Assembly: GCF_002077135.1 (NCBI RefSeq)
Contig: NZ_LDOS01000002.1
Coordinates: forward strand, 1,411,865 to 1,451,864
Length of the DNA: 40,000 nucleotides
Reading direction: 5' to 3'
DNA from: Metallibacterium scheffleri
GTDB taxonomy: Bacteria > Pseudomonadota > Gammaproteobacteria > Xanthomonadales > Rhodanobacteraceae
In this document: positions 7,604-15,854 of the stretch, piece by piece
How the letters are laid out: every line of letters starts with the position of its first letter
How positions within the stretch are numbered: the first letter of the stretch is position 1
The notes under the pieces: model-generated
What the model was told of the DNA's origin: nothing
Database searches by the model: none
The model's input: only the letters and a program-made list of their open reading frames with translations
Position numbers and translations under genes: made by a program

Positions 7604-7673
7604 GGTCGCAGTTTACCACTTGGTTTGTTGTTCGGCCGGCTCTGGCAGGTCGAGCGGGGTCTGATCGGCCTGA

Positions 7674-7763
7674 TTCCATTATCGAATCCTCTGCGACATT
7701 CAAGACGACGCGCTGCGCATCCTGGTCATCGATATCGGCAACTGACGTGAAGTCTACCGATGA
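7674..7763 (+). pseudogene. 3' remnant of a RelE/ParE-family toxin gene (second copy, with internal stop)
   Basis: FHYRILCDIQDDALRILVIDIGN*REVYR*. Contains the 88-bp repeat 7700..7787 shared with 4032..4119 (4 mismatches). Confidence 0.5.
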
Positions 7764-7885
7764 GCGCCGAGAAGCGCGGCGTGGCCAGGAAGTACGGGCG
7801 CTGACCCGCTTTCACGGGTGACGACGGTCAGCCCGTGCACCAGGGCGGTGGCGGCGATCAGGGCATCGCGATCCGCCCGCGGCGC
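7754..7885 (-). pseudogene. C-terminal remnant of a PIN-domain (VapC-like) toxin gene
   Basis: ...DRDALIAATALVHGLTVVTRE is the conserved C-terminal PIN motif, with no N-terminal part. Confidence 0.4.
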
Positions 7886-7976
7886 TGCGCTAAATACGGG
7901 CTCTGACCCGCTTCGCGGAACGGCTGAGCGCCTTGCAGTAAGCTCTCCTTGTTTCCTTACCTGGTGAGGGCGAGCC

Positions 7977-8201
7977 ATGCTTGCCAAGAAGACGGTCAAG
8001 AACCAGATCACGCTGCCCAAGGCGGTCGTCGGCCGCTTTGCGGGCGTGGATTACTTCGAGGTCTCCACCGACGGCACCGCCATCGTGCTCAAGCCGCTGC
8101 GGCGCAGCCGCGCCGACGAAGTACGCGCCAAGCTGTCCAGGCTGGGCGTGCGCACGGCCGATGTGCCCGCCGCGGTGAAGTGGGCGCGCAAGGCGCGCTG
8201 A
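7977..8201 (+). CDS. AbrB/SpoVT-type antitoxin (VapB-like)
   Basis: MLAKKTVKNQITLPKAVVGRFAGVDYFEV is an AbrB-like looped-hinge motif. Immediately precedes the PIN gene. Confidence 0.7.
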   Translation: MLAKKTVKNQITLPKAVVGRFAGVDYFEVSTDGTAIVLKPLRRSRADEVRAKLSRLGVRTADVPAAVKWARKAR

Positions 8202-8202
8202 C

Positions 8203-8613
8203 GTGCGCGTCGTGTTCGACACCGGCACGGTGGTCTCGGCGCTGCTGTTTACCCATGGACAACTGGCGTGGCTGCGCACGCATTGGGCGAGCGGCGACTG
8301 CACGCCGCTGCTGAGCGCCGCCACGGCCGCGGAACTGACGCGGGTGCTGGCTTACCCCAAATTCAAGCTCAGCGCGGACGAGCAGCACGAACTACTGGGC
8401 GACTACCTGCCCTTTGCCGAGATCGTGGCCCGCCCGCGGCGCTGCCCGGTCATCTGCCGTGACCCAGCCGACCAGCCCTTTCTGGACCTGGCGCATAGCA
8501 GCGGCGCGACGGTCCTGGTCAGCGGCGATGCCGATCTGTCGAGCTTGGCCGGACAAACGGCTTTCGACATCGAATCACCCGCTGCCTATCGGCAACGCGT
8601 GCTGGGGCGCTGA
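8203..8613 (+). CDS. PIN-domain toxin (TIGR00305-like)
   Basis: GTG start 1 nt after the antitoxin stop. VVFDTGTVVSALLF...DPADQPFLDLAHSSGATVLVSGDADL carries the PIN acidic residues. Confidence 0.7.
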   Translation: MRVVFDTGTVVSALLFTHGQLAWLRTHWASGDCTPLLSAATAAELTRVLAYPKFKLSADEQHELLGDYLPFAEIVARPRRCPVICRDPADQPFLDLAHSSGATVLVSGDADLSSLAGQTAFDIESPAAYRQRVLGR

Positions 8614-8699
8614 GGGCGCCAAGGGCGTCGCGACATGGCCATCACGCGCCGGCAAGGCCATGGACCTGCTGCGTGCAGGATCGGCGCCGTTCGTCGAGC

Positions 8700-8835
8700 G
8701 TGAGATCCCGAGCGCAGCACATCCGGCTGAGCGCAGCGAGGATCCTGGCTCCGCGATCGACAGATCCTTCGGGCTGCACCCTCAGGATGGCAACGGAAAC
8801 CTTTGTCATTCTGAGCGCAGCGAAGGATCTTCCAC
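8700..8835. repeat. REP cluster
   Basis: Includes AGATCCTTCGGGCTGCACCCTCAGGATGGC and GTCATTCTGAGCGCAGCGAAGGATC. Confidence 0.7.
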
Positions 8836-8844
8836 CCGACCACC

Positions 8845-9000
8845 TCACCTTCCAAACAAAAAATCCGCCTGCACCGCGCGGCCATCGCGATCGTTCGCCA
8901 TGTTGTACACGCCGATCAGCCGCAGACCACGCTCGCGCAGCCAGGCAATCACCTCATCCGCCAGCGCCTGGCCCGCGTACAGCGCCACGAACGAGCATTC
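8845..9000 (-). pseudogene. 3' fragment of the FkbM methyltransferase gene (junction copy J2)
   Basis: ECSFVALYAGQALADEVIAWLRERGLRLIGVYNMANDRDGRAVQADFLFGR*. Confidence 0.8.
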
Positions 9001-9113
9001 CGACCAGTCAATCAGGTTCCCGGCCTGCATCTGCAATGACCCCGGACTGCGCTCTGCTGCATCCAGGCCGCGCTCGTTGCACAAACCTATGCCAGGAAGT
9101 GCATAATTCGGCC

Positions 9114-9431
9114 ATGAAGCCGATCGTGTGGGTGGGTAGCAGCAAGGATGATCTCCGGCGCTTTCCTGCGTCCGCGCGCAGCCAGTCGGGTTTCCAACTC
9201 GATAAGGTGCAGCGGGGCGAAGATCCGGACGACTGGAAGCCGATGCCGACCATCGGACCTGGAGTGCGGGAAATCCGCATCCGTGAGGTGGCCGGAGCCT
9301 TCCGCGTCATCTACGTCGCACAGATCGGCCAAGCGCTGCATGTACTCCACTGCTTCCGGAAAAAGACCGAGCGGACTTCGCTCAAGGATCTGCAACTGGC
9401 ACGGCAACGGCTCAGAGAGGTGATGCCATGA
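9114..9431 (+). CDS. RelE/HigB-superfamily toxin, Gp49-like (second, divergent copy)
   Basis: MKPIVWVGSSKDDLRRFPASARSQSGFQLDKVQRGEDPDDWKPMPTIGPGVREIRIREVAGAFRVIYVA... is a paralogue of 3537..3875. Only the last 105 codons of ORF 8673..9431 are genuine. Confidence 0.8.
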   Translation: MKPIVWVGSSKDDLRRFPASARSQSGFQLDKVQRGEDPDDWKPMPTIGPGVREIRIREVAGAFRVIYVAQIGQALHVLHCFRKKTERTSLKDLQLARQRLREVMP

Positions 9432-9862
9432 AGACGACCAACGGAAGTCCCCAAGGGACGACCAACGCGACCAAAGGGAGTCCCTTTTCGGGACGACCGA
9501 AGGAAGTTCAGAGGAGAAGTCCCCAAGGGACGACCTGCCGAAGCCCGCAAGGCGAGGCCAAGTCCAGGAACCGGCCCGGGCAAGCCGGGTTGACCAAGGG
9601 CGATGCGCGCGGCGTGTTCTACGACCTGTTCTCCGCGGAGCAGGCCGCGGAGCTTGCCATGCGTGCCACCCTGCTGCGCGGCCTGCAAGCTTGGCTCGCG
9701 GCAAGCGGCATCACCCAGACCCGGGCCGCGGCCACGCTGGGGACCACCCAGGCACGCATCAGTGACATCAAGCGCGGCAGGATCGAGCGCTTCAGCCTCG
9801 ATCTGCTGGTGCGACTCGCCGGGCGTGCGGGACTGCGGCCCGAAGTGCGACTGGCGGCCTAG
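9428..9862 (+). CDS. XRE-family antitoxin with a repeat-built N-terminal extension
   Basis: ATGA overlap with the toxin stop. The C-terminal 85 aa (VFYDLFSAEQAAEL...TQARISDIKRGRIERFSLDLLVRLA) is HigA-like. The N-terminal ~55 aa is encoded by three 20-22-nt hairpin repeats. An in-frame TTG at 9590 is an alternative start. Confidence 0.7.
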   Translation: MKTTNGSPQGTTNATKGSPFSGRPKEVQRRSPQGTTCRSPQGEAKSRNRPGQAGLTKGDARGVFYDLFSAEQAAELAMRATLLRGLQAWLAASGITQTRAAATLGTTQARISDIKRGRIERFSLDLLVRLAGRAGLRPEVRLAA

Positions 9863-9894
9863 ACAACGGCGCCTGGCGGCTCTGCATTCGGGTG

Positions 9895-10062
9895 ACTCGG
9901 AAGAATCTTCCCCCATCCCTTCGTGTCATCCTGAGCGCAGCGAAGAATCCCGCGCTTCGGCAAACCACCACGCCGAGATCCTTCGGGCAATGCCCTCAGG
10001 ATGACAACAGAAAAGTGACAACGAAAACCTTTGTCATTCTGAGCGCAGCGAAGAATCTCGCG
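9895..10062. repeat. Composite REP (BIME-like) cluster
   Basis: Same inverted-REP/linker/REP unit as at 5457..5540 and 11625..11708. Confidence 0.75.
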
Positions 10063-10065
10063 CCG

Positions 10066-10185
10066 CAGCACATCCTCCAACCGACGCACCTCGACCTCGG
10101 CGCGGCCGGCTTCCTGCGTGTCGGGGGAGATCCGCGTCTGCTCGCTCCCGATCGGCAGCAGCGAGAACGAGTCGTCGCGCGCACT
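10066..10185 (-). pseudogene. Internal fragment of the FkbM methyltransferase gene (junction copy J1)
   Basis: SARDDSFSLLPIGSEQTRISPDTQEAGRAEVEVRRLEDVL aligns with the middle of the intact gene. It is cut off by REPs. Confidence 0.7.
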
Positions 10186-10319
10186 CCCTTTGTCATTCCA
10201 CCAGGATTCACGCCAGCAGTTCCGCGCCCAAAGCCGCGTCCACCACTTGTTCAAATCAAGGAGAAGGTCTTCAGTCGCCCGCGCGCGGCGCTCTTGCGCG
10301 CGTCGAGTGCACTGCGCGG

Positions 10320-10559
10320 TTATGCGACGTTCTGCATCTTGTTCGCAAAGTCACGGCCCGACGTCGGTGGTGGAAGAGCCTTCCCGTCCTGGCGGTAGAG
10401 CGCAACGGCTTCCTCGACAACTTGACAAAGCTGCTCAAAGACGGCCTTTTCGTCCGTACCGTGGCACCCGCCGTAAATCAGCCCCGGAGAACTCCCGACA
10501 AAGCACTGGTCCTCCTCGGACCACTCGACGATCTTCGCGTATCGCGCGGTATCTTTCAT
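10320..10559 (-). CDS. hicB: HicB-family antitoxin
   Basis: MKDTARYAKIVEWSEEDQCFVGSSPGLIYGGCHGTDEKAVFEQL is a HicB N-terminal fold signature. Overlaps the hicA stop. Confidence 0.8.
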   Translation of the reverse strand: MKDTARYAKIVEWSEEDQCFVGSSPGLIYGGCHGTDEKAVFEQLCQVVEEAVALYRQDGKALPPPTSGRDFANKMQNVA

Positions 10560-10753
10560 GATTTTGACTCCTCAACGGCGCGCTTCACTGCGCGTACCTG
10601 ATAGTGCTTCGCGTCGTCGCCAAGCGCACCAGATATTGCGATGGGTTTGGCAACCTTCGGGTGGACAAAGTTTCGGTGACTTCCCTTGCTGCTGCGGTCG
10701 ACGAAGCCCGCTCGCTCAAGGTCGCCCACAAGCTCTCTTATTTTCGGCGGCAC
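10556..10753 (-). CDS. hicA: HicA-family mRNA interferase toxin
   Basis: MPPKIRELVGDLERAGFVDRSSKGSHRNFVHP is the canonical HicA motif. Confidence 0.85.
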   Translation of the reverse strand: MPPKIRELVGDLERAGFVDRSSKGSHRNFVHPKVAKPIAISGALGDDAKHYQVRAVKRAVEESKS

Positions 10754-10839
10754 TCAGTCACCCTTCACGGTTCAGTCGCACACGCCCGAAGTAAGCGGCG
10801 CAACCCGCGCAGCGGGCTTGCGTCCGCTTGACCGAGTTG

Positions 10840-11115
10840 TTAACCAACAGCCCGCCTTGACTTGGGCGCTGACCTTTCAAGAACCTCGACCATGCGAGTT
10901 TGCCAGCCAGGCCCTGTGGACCTCCAGCGTGCAATAACCTTGGGAGGCAACCGCAAGGACAGTAGCTGACGTGGATTTGCGAGCTTCGGACGCCCGCGCC
11001 GCACCAGCTTTTCACCCTGATACAAGTCGGCCTCGGAAATCCAAGCGTCCGTGATCTCGGGCGGGATCTCCGCATCATGTGAGATAGGGTTGGAGTTTTT
11101 TCGCTTCGCGCTCAT
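10840..11115 (-). CDS. brnA: BrnA-family antitoxin
   Basis: ...RRGRPKLANPRQLLSLRLPPKVIARWRSTGPGWQTRM is the BrnA/DUF4415-type C-terminus. Overlaps the brnT 3' end. Confidence 0.75.
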   Translation of the reverse strand: MSAKRKNSNPISHDAEIPPEITDAWISEADLYQGEKLVRRGRPKLANPRQLLSLRLPPKVIARWRSTGPGWQTRMVEVLERSAPKSRRAVG

Positions 11116-11347
11116 GACAATGCCTCATACTGATGATGCGTCTTGCGACGCCGCGCGGCGTCCATGCGAACACGACAAGCCGAGAATCGAGCCAACCCGC
11201 AGTGATGAAGCGAGGCTCGCCGTAGTCTTGGCGATCATCTGCACGTGTGAAGTGCGGCCCGGCAAAGGCCTCCTTGGCTCTGCGCATGTCCAAGCCGCGC
11301 TCCTGCAGCGTCCATTCGCGTTTTGCAGGGCGGCAGGTGATCCGCAT
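11075..11347 (-). CDS. brnT: BrnT-family ribonuclease toxin (DUF497)
   Basis: ...WTLQERGLDMRRAKEAFAGPHFTRADDRQDYGEPRFITAGWLDSRLVVFAWTPRGVARRIISMRHCHEREAK fits the DUF497 pattern. Confidence 0.75.
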   Translation of the reverse strand: MRITCRPAKREWTLQERGLDMRRAKEAFAGPHFTRADDRQDYGEPRFITAGWLDSRLVVFAWTPRGVARRIISMRHCHEREAKKLQPYLT

Positions 11348-11439
11348 GGACTAATTGTAGCTACAGAAAATGATGCTGTCAACAAAGTTGCGACCACGTT
11401 GAACCAGTTGACTAACAAGAAGTAGACGCTGCATCCGGG

Positions 11440-11570
11440 GTGTTGCACAAGATCGTCCGCCAGGCACGATGGTGCGTCAAGGCGGCTTCCCATGTCGCTC
11501 TTGAGCACGCGGCAGCCGCGCTCGATGTCAGACAGCGTCTTGTAGCTTGGCGTAACGAGTCGCCGCGCGC
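11440..11570 (-). pseudogene. Possible degraded remnant of an IS4/IS1634-type transposase C-terminus
   Basis: YKTLSDIERGCRVLKSDMGSRLD... resembles the conserved ..ERxFRxLKSxL..RP.. block. Short and degenerate. Confidence 0.25.
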
Positions 11571-11574
11571 GCCA

Positions 11575-11712
11575 CCCTTGTCATGAGCGCAGCGAAGATT
11601 CTCGCGCTGCGGCAACCCACCACGCCGAGATCCTTCGGGCCATGCCCTCAGGATGACAATAGAAAAGTGACAACGAAAACCTTTGTCATTCCGAGCGAAG
11701 CAAAGAATCTCG
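11575..11712. repeat. Composite REP (BIME-like) cluster directly downstream of the intact methyltransferase gene
   Basis: Same unit as the junction copies. The intact gene's stop codon lies inside the first REP. Confidence 0.75.
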
Positions 11713-12444
11713 CTCTTGCTCTTGCTCCCGCCTCCCGAACAAGAAATCCGCCTGCACCGCGCGGCCGGCATGGTCGAAGGCCATGTTGTACGCGCCCAGC
11801 AACCCGAACCCGCGTTCGCGCAGCCAGGCGATCACTTCATCCGCCAGTGCCTGCCCTTCGTAAAGCTCGACAAACGAGCATTCGCAGTACACCCATGCGA
11901 ACGCATCCAGCAGGGTTTCGCAGCCGCGCAGCGCTTGCAGCTCGTAGCCCTGCACGTCGAGCTTGAGCAGCGCCGGCGCGGCGATATCCGCGCGCTGCAA
12001 CACATCCTCCAGCCTGCGCATCTCGATGTGGGCGATCGCGACCTCCGCCGTGCCCGGGAAAATCCGGTCCTGCTCGCTACCGATCGGCAGCAGCGAGGAG
12101 GAATCATCACGCGCCGATACGTGGATCGGCGCCTTGCCCGACGTGCTCGCGACCGCATAAGGATGCAACCGCACCCGGCCATCGCCGGCAAACACCTTGC
12201 TAAAAATCGCCGCCGGCGCCGGCAATGGCTCGAACGAGTCGATGCGCGCATCCGGAAAAACGTGGCGCGCCGCCAGCGCAAACTGGCCGCGGTTGGCCCC
12301 GATGTCCACCACCGCGCGGCAACCATTAAATTGCCGCAGAACCACCGCATGCTCCACGCCCGCCACCACGCGATGGCGTCGCAGCGCTGCGCGCCAATCG
12401 GCCACCCGCAGAATGCGCAACAACTTTGCAGCCTTGGCGGTCAT
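11686..12444 (-). CDS. FkbM-family SAM-dependent methyltransferase (the intact copy)
   Basis: ATG at 12444 forms an ATGA overlap with the upstream GT stop. VVDIGANRGQFALAA (SAM motif) and ...KLDVQGYELQALRGCE are the FkbM signature. Confidence 0.8.
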   Translation of the reverse strand: MTAKAAKLLRILRVADWRAALRRHRVVAGVEHAVVLRQFNGCRAVVDIGANRGQFALAARHVFPDARIDSFEPLPAPAAIFSKVFAGDGRVRLHPYAVASTSGKAPIHVSARDDSSSLLPIGSEQDRIFPGTAEVAIAHIEMRRLEDVLQRADIAAPALLKLDVQGYELQALRGCETLLDAFAWVYCECSFVELYEGQALADEVIAWLRERGFGLLGAYNMAFDHAGRAVQADFLFGRREQEQERDSLLRSE

Positions 12445-13538
12445 GGCGCGCCGCCAATGATCTGCGCTTGCAGCAGCCTCCAACGCTGCGCGCTGGTCCG
12501 CTGCAAGCTCGCGAAGCTCGCCGCTGCGGCCACCGAAGCCGCCTGGAGCCTCTCCGGCGCCCGCATCCACGCCTCGACCTGCACCAAGGCCGCAGGCACG
12601 AAAGGTGCCTCGGGCGGGATCACGCAGCCGCACTCTGGGGTCACCACCTCGGGGATGCAGCCACGTCCATAAGCGATCACCGGCACGCCATGTTGCGTTG
12701 CTTCGTGGACCACCAGCGGCTCGGCCTCATTGGCATACAGGGTCGGGAAGATCAGGGTATCGATCCCGTCGAAAAACGCATCTTTCTCGGCGCCGTACTT
12801 GGCACCCACATACTCCACATTCGGCAAATCCTGCAGGCGTTGACGTACGCGCGTCTCGGTCGCGACGTCCTGGAACGGCCCTGCGATCCGGCCTTGCAAC
12901 GACGCCCCGGGTTGCCGCAGCGCGGCCATCAGGTCCAGGAACTCGAAGATGCCTTTTTCAGCCGCGATGTTGCCCAGGAACCCCAGCACGCGCAGCTCGT
13001 GACGCGACCGCACCTGAGCCTGCTCGGATGAAGACACAAGAAACACCGCATTGGATACCGCGGCGACGTTGGCCGCGCCATAGAGCGTGCGCAACTGCCC
13101 CGCCATCCCCGCCGACTGCGTGATGTGCGTGGCCCGGCGGCCCGCCGCCCGCACCAGCATCGCGGTCAGGCGCCGACGCTCGTGCAGATAGGCAAAGCTG
13201 TGGTGGTGCACGAACACCCGCATCTTTCGCAGTCGCGCGAGGAGCAGAAAGGCAAGGTCATAGGTCTGGCCGGCCCCGCCCGAAACACCGATGTACAGCG
13301 CTGTGCCTCGCAAATGTCGGGTACCAGCCAGCCGTGCCAGCCCGCGCATGACGCGAGGCAACCGACCCAGCCGTGCCAGCATCGCCCTATCGAGGCTGGC
13401 CGGAGCCGTGTTGATCACGACCACACTTGCTGCCGAGGCCAACAGGCGTCCACGCACCGCAGCGTTCACCGTCGCCATGCCGTGCATGGGCGGTGGGAAG
13501 GTGCCGACCATCGTGACTTGCGATAAAGGCAGCGTCAT
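12441..13538 (-). CDS. GT4-family glycosyltransferase
   Basis: ATGA-coupled start at 13538. GT-B C-terminal motif EAEPLVVHEATQHGVPVIAY. Confidence 0.7.
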   Translation of the reverse strand: MTLPLSQVTMVGTFPPPMHGMATVNAAVRGRLLASAASVVVINTAPASLDRAMLARLGRLPRVMRGLARLAGTRHLRGTALYIGVSGGAGQTYDLAFLLLARLRKMRVFVHHHSFAYLHERRRLTAMLVRAAGRRATHITQSAGMAGQLRTLYGAANVAAVSNAVFLVSSSEQAQVRSRHELRVLGFLGNIAAEKGIFEFLDLMAALRQPGASLQGRIAGPFQDVATETRVRQRLQDLPNVEYVGAKYGAEKDAFFDGIDTLIFPTLYANEAEPLVVHEATQHGVPVIAYGRGCIPEVVTPECGCVIPPEAPFVPAALVQVEAWMRAPERLQAASVAAAASFASLQRTSAQRWRLLQAQIIGGAP

Positions 13539-14809
13539 GAGAGTTGCGCACCACGCTGCGCTAGCTGCAAGCGGCGTGCATCGATCGCCTGCAGAACCGA
13601 AGCACCATATGCGTCCCACGAATGCGCGCCTTGCACCTTCTTGCGTGCCGCATCGCCCAACTGCTGACGCAACTCCGGCTGTTCCGTCAATCGACGAATG
13701 GACTCCGTCAGGACAGTCGCATCGCCTGCAGGAACGATCAAGCCGTCGCAGTCATCTTCGATCAGCTCACCCGAACCGTTGTTGGTGGTAGTCACAACCG
13801 GCAAGCCCGAAGCCATGGCCTCAAGCACGACTAGCGCACAAGCATCCTCAAGAGTTGGAAGTACAAACAGATCTGAGCTCCGCATCGCCTCAGCCACACC
13901 GCCCGGCAAAATCGTGCCTTCGTAAACCACGTTTGAGGGCAGTCCGCCATCGAATACCTCGGCACTGACCATTGGGCCAATCAGGCGAAAACGCACGGGC
14001 AGGTCGCGGCAGCGCCGCGCAGCGTCGAGCAGCACACGGACGCCCTTGCGGTGCGAAATCTGCCCGACGTACAGGCACTCCAGTGGACGCTTGTCCGGCG
14101 CCGATACTTGCTGCAGCCCTGGGTGGAATGCACGCAGGTCGACGCCATAGGGCAGCAAGGCGATCTTGTCGGACGGGACACCATGTGCCAGCAATTGTCC
14201 GGCGACAAAGCGCGATGGCACCAACACCAAATCGGCCAGGGACAACTCAGCCTCGACACGCCGACTCATCCAGCCCGGAATCATCTCGTGGTGCGAAGCC
14301 TTCAAGCCTGCCAATGCCACAAGAAAGCGATTGTGCTCGTCCGGATGACTGTTGACGAAATTCAACACGGTCAAGCCACCCTGCTGCCGCATGATCCGAA
14401 AGCTCTCGAGACTAGCGCCGTACATGCCCACCAAGGCGTCCGCGGGATGCATATCCAAACGCCGCGCTACTGCTTGATCAAATTGCGCTTTAACCCGGTA
14501 CATCCTGCTAGTGGCTAAAGCCGGGAAGCGCGAACCAAACAGCCGTCTCGTACTGATATACGCAAGTTCTGAAAGTATCGCAAGGTTGGTCGCCTGCGCA
14601 GCGGGAATGCCAGCGTAAGCGCGCCTGGAAAACACCTTGGCAAGTTTTGGCCCGATCAATGGCAGCCGCTGCACACCCGGCTGCCATCGAGCCAAATAAA
14701 GTGTCGTGTAGAAGCGCTCAAGCTGCGCATGGGCAGTGGCCGCCTGCGCAATAGAAACGATAGCGTTCTCGCGGTATGGCGTACTGATGAGTAATTGCAT
14801 TTCTGGCAC
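13535..14809 (-). CDS. GT4-family glycosyltransferase
   Basis: ...GQISHRKGV... and LEDACALVVLEAMASGLPVVTT (EX7E motif). Confidence 0.75.
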   Translation of the reverse strand: MPEMQLLISTPYRENAIVSIAQAATAHAQLERFYTTLYLARWQPGVQRLPLIGPKLAKVFSRRAYAGIPAAQATNLAILSELAYISTRRLFGSRFPALATSRMYRVKAQFDQAVARRLDMHPADALVGMYGASLESFRIMRQQGGLTVLNFVNSHPDEHNRFLVALAGLKASHHEMIPGWMSRRVEAELSLADLVLVPSRFVAGQLLAHGVPSDKIALLPYGVDLRAFHPGLQQVSAPDKRPLECLYVGQISHRKGVRVLLDAARRCRDLPVRFRLIGPMVSAEVFDGGLPSNVVYEGTILPGGVAEAMRSSDLFVLPTLEDACALVVLEAMASGLPVVTTTNNGSGELIEDDCDGLIVPAGDATVLTESIRRLTEQPELRQQLGDAARKKVQGAHSWDAYGASVLQAIDARRLQLAQRGAQLS

Positions 14810-14960
14810 CCCTAATTTTTTTGTGGAATAACAGGCTGTGCCTCATAAATCCGTCGCATTAATCATTCACGACCGCTCGTGAATCACATATCCGTCTTCC
14901 GATATGCCCGCGTTGAAGGAATAACCTAGTACCCCTACGTTCTACCCTGTCGGACAGGGC

Positions 14961-15854
14961 TCAGATGTCCCCTCCACTCCACATGATCGGCCGCGCGGTC
15001 TGGAGCCGCTGTTGTATCGCTGAGGAAGGGCGCACGTACAACGTGTTGCCTGTTTTCGAGTATGTTTCCAGTGAAGCGAGTTGACGCGCAAAGGGCTCGT
15101 AACGCATTGGCTGGAATCCGAAGCCTAGGAGTTGCGAATGAATGTCGGCATCGTTGAAGCCATAACGGCCGCCAAGTCCGTTGAGCTCGATCAGCACGGC
15201 CCACAATGTGTCTTGAGCCAGCAATTTTTGCGCACCAGACAAAACCTCAGTTTCGAAACCTTCCACATCGATCTTTATCATGAGCGGCGCGGTGCCATCG
15301 GCGATACGGTCCAGGGTATCGGCGGCAATGCGCACCGCATTACCAGTAGCCCCCTCTTCAAGAAGCACATGATTCGTCGAGCCCTCCTGCGTGGAGAACG
15401 ACAGTTCGCCTTGCTGGCTACTAACGCCGATATTTCTTGCTTGGATCATGGCGCCGTAACGGTTGACAGCGATGTTGTCCAATAACTGATGATAAGTATC
15501 GGGCACTGGCTCCAGCGCCAGTGCCTTCGCCCCACGCCCGGCGGCGATCAGGCTATAAGCACCGACATTGGCGCCGACATCCACGAGCAAATCACCATCC
15601 CGCAATAGATGGGCCGCGAAAGCCATGTCCTCGAATTCCATCAGACCAACATAGAGGTTACCGGTGGCTCCATGCATCCCCGTGCGGACCAGCAAGCGCG
15701 TGCCGTCAACGAAGGGCATGGCGACTGGCGCCTTCAGCAGACGGCTTCCCAGCTGCCAGCGAAAGATCCGGGTCAGGGTTCCCAATCGATCGCGGCGCCC
15801 CAGCGGGTGGTTGAGGTAGTAATTCAAGGTGCGCCACGGGGCGGTGAGTTTCAT
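14961..15854 (-). CDS. FkbM-family methyltransferase (second, unrelated paralogue)
   Basis: ATGA-coupled start at 15854. LLVDVGANVGAYSLIAA and IKIDVEGFETEVLSGA motifs. Confidence 0.8.
   Translation of the reverse strand: MKLTAPWRTLNYYLNHPLGRRDRLGTLTRIFRWQLGSRLLKAPVAMPFVDGTRLLVRTGMHGATGNLYVGLMEFEDMAFAAHLLRDGDLLVDVGANVGAYSLIAAGRGAKALALEPVPDTYHQLLDNIAVNRYGAMIQARNIGVSSQQGELSFSTQEGSTNHVLLEEGATGNAVRIAADTLDRIADGTAPLMIKIDVEGFETEVLSGAQKLLAQDTLWAVLIELNGLGGRYGFNDADIHSQLLGFGFQPMRYEPFARQLASLETYSKTGNTLYVRPSSAIQQRLQTARPIMWSGGDI

Noticed and set aside
8673-9431. 252-aa ORF, and similar read-through ORFs (2945..3649, 24306..25298, 29251..30096, 29736..30173, 1551..2948 N-terminal extension)
   Set aside because: Their upstream portions are translations of REPs or of the antisense of neighbours, with telltale segments such as VILSAAKDL, ILRCAQDDK, SFAALRMT and IPAFAGM. 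Only the downstream parts with family motifs and coupled start codons were annotated.
10391-10398. ops-like GGCGGTAG motif (RfaH/JUMPstart element of polysaccharide operons)
   Set aside because: It lies on the plus strand inside the minus-strand hicB coding region, in the wrong orientation and context for the EPS operon. It is most likely a chance 8-mer.
2945-11712. Classical chromosomal integron cassette array
   Set aside because: There is no intI gene or Pc/attI in the window. The junction units are methyltransferase-gene fragments plus REPs and lack attC architecture (no paired R''/L''-L'/R' cores such as RYYYAAC...GTTRRRY). The array is kept as 'integron-like' only by analogy.
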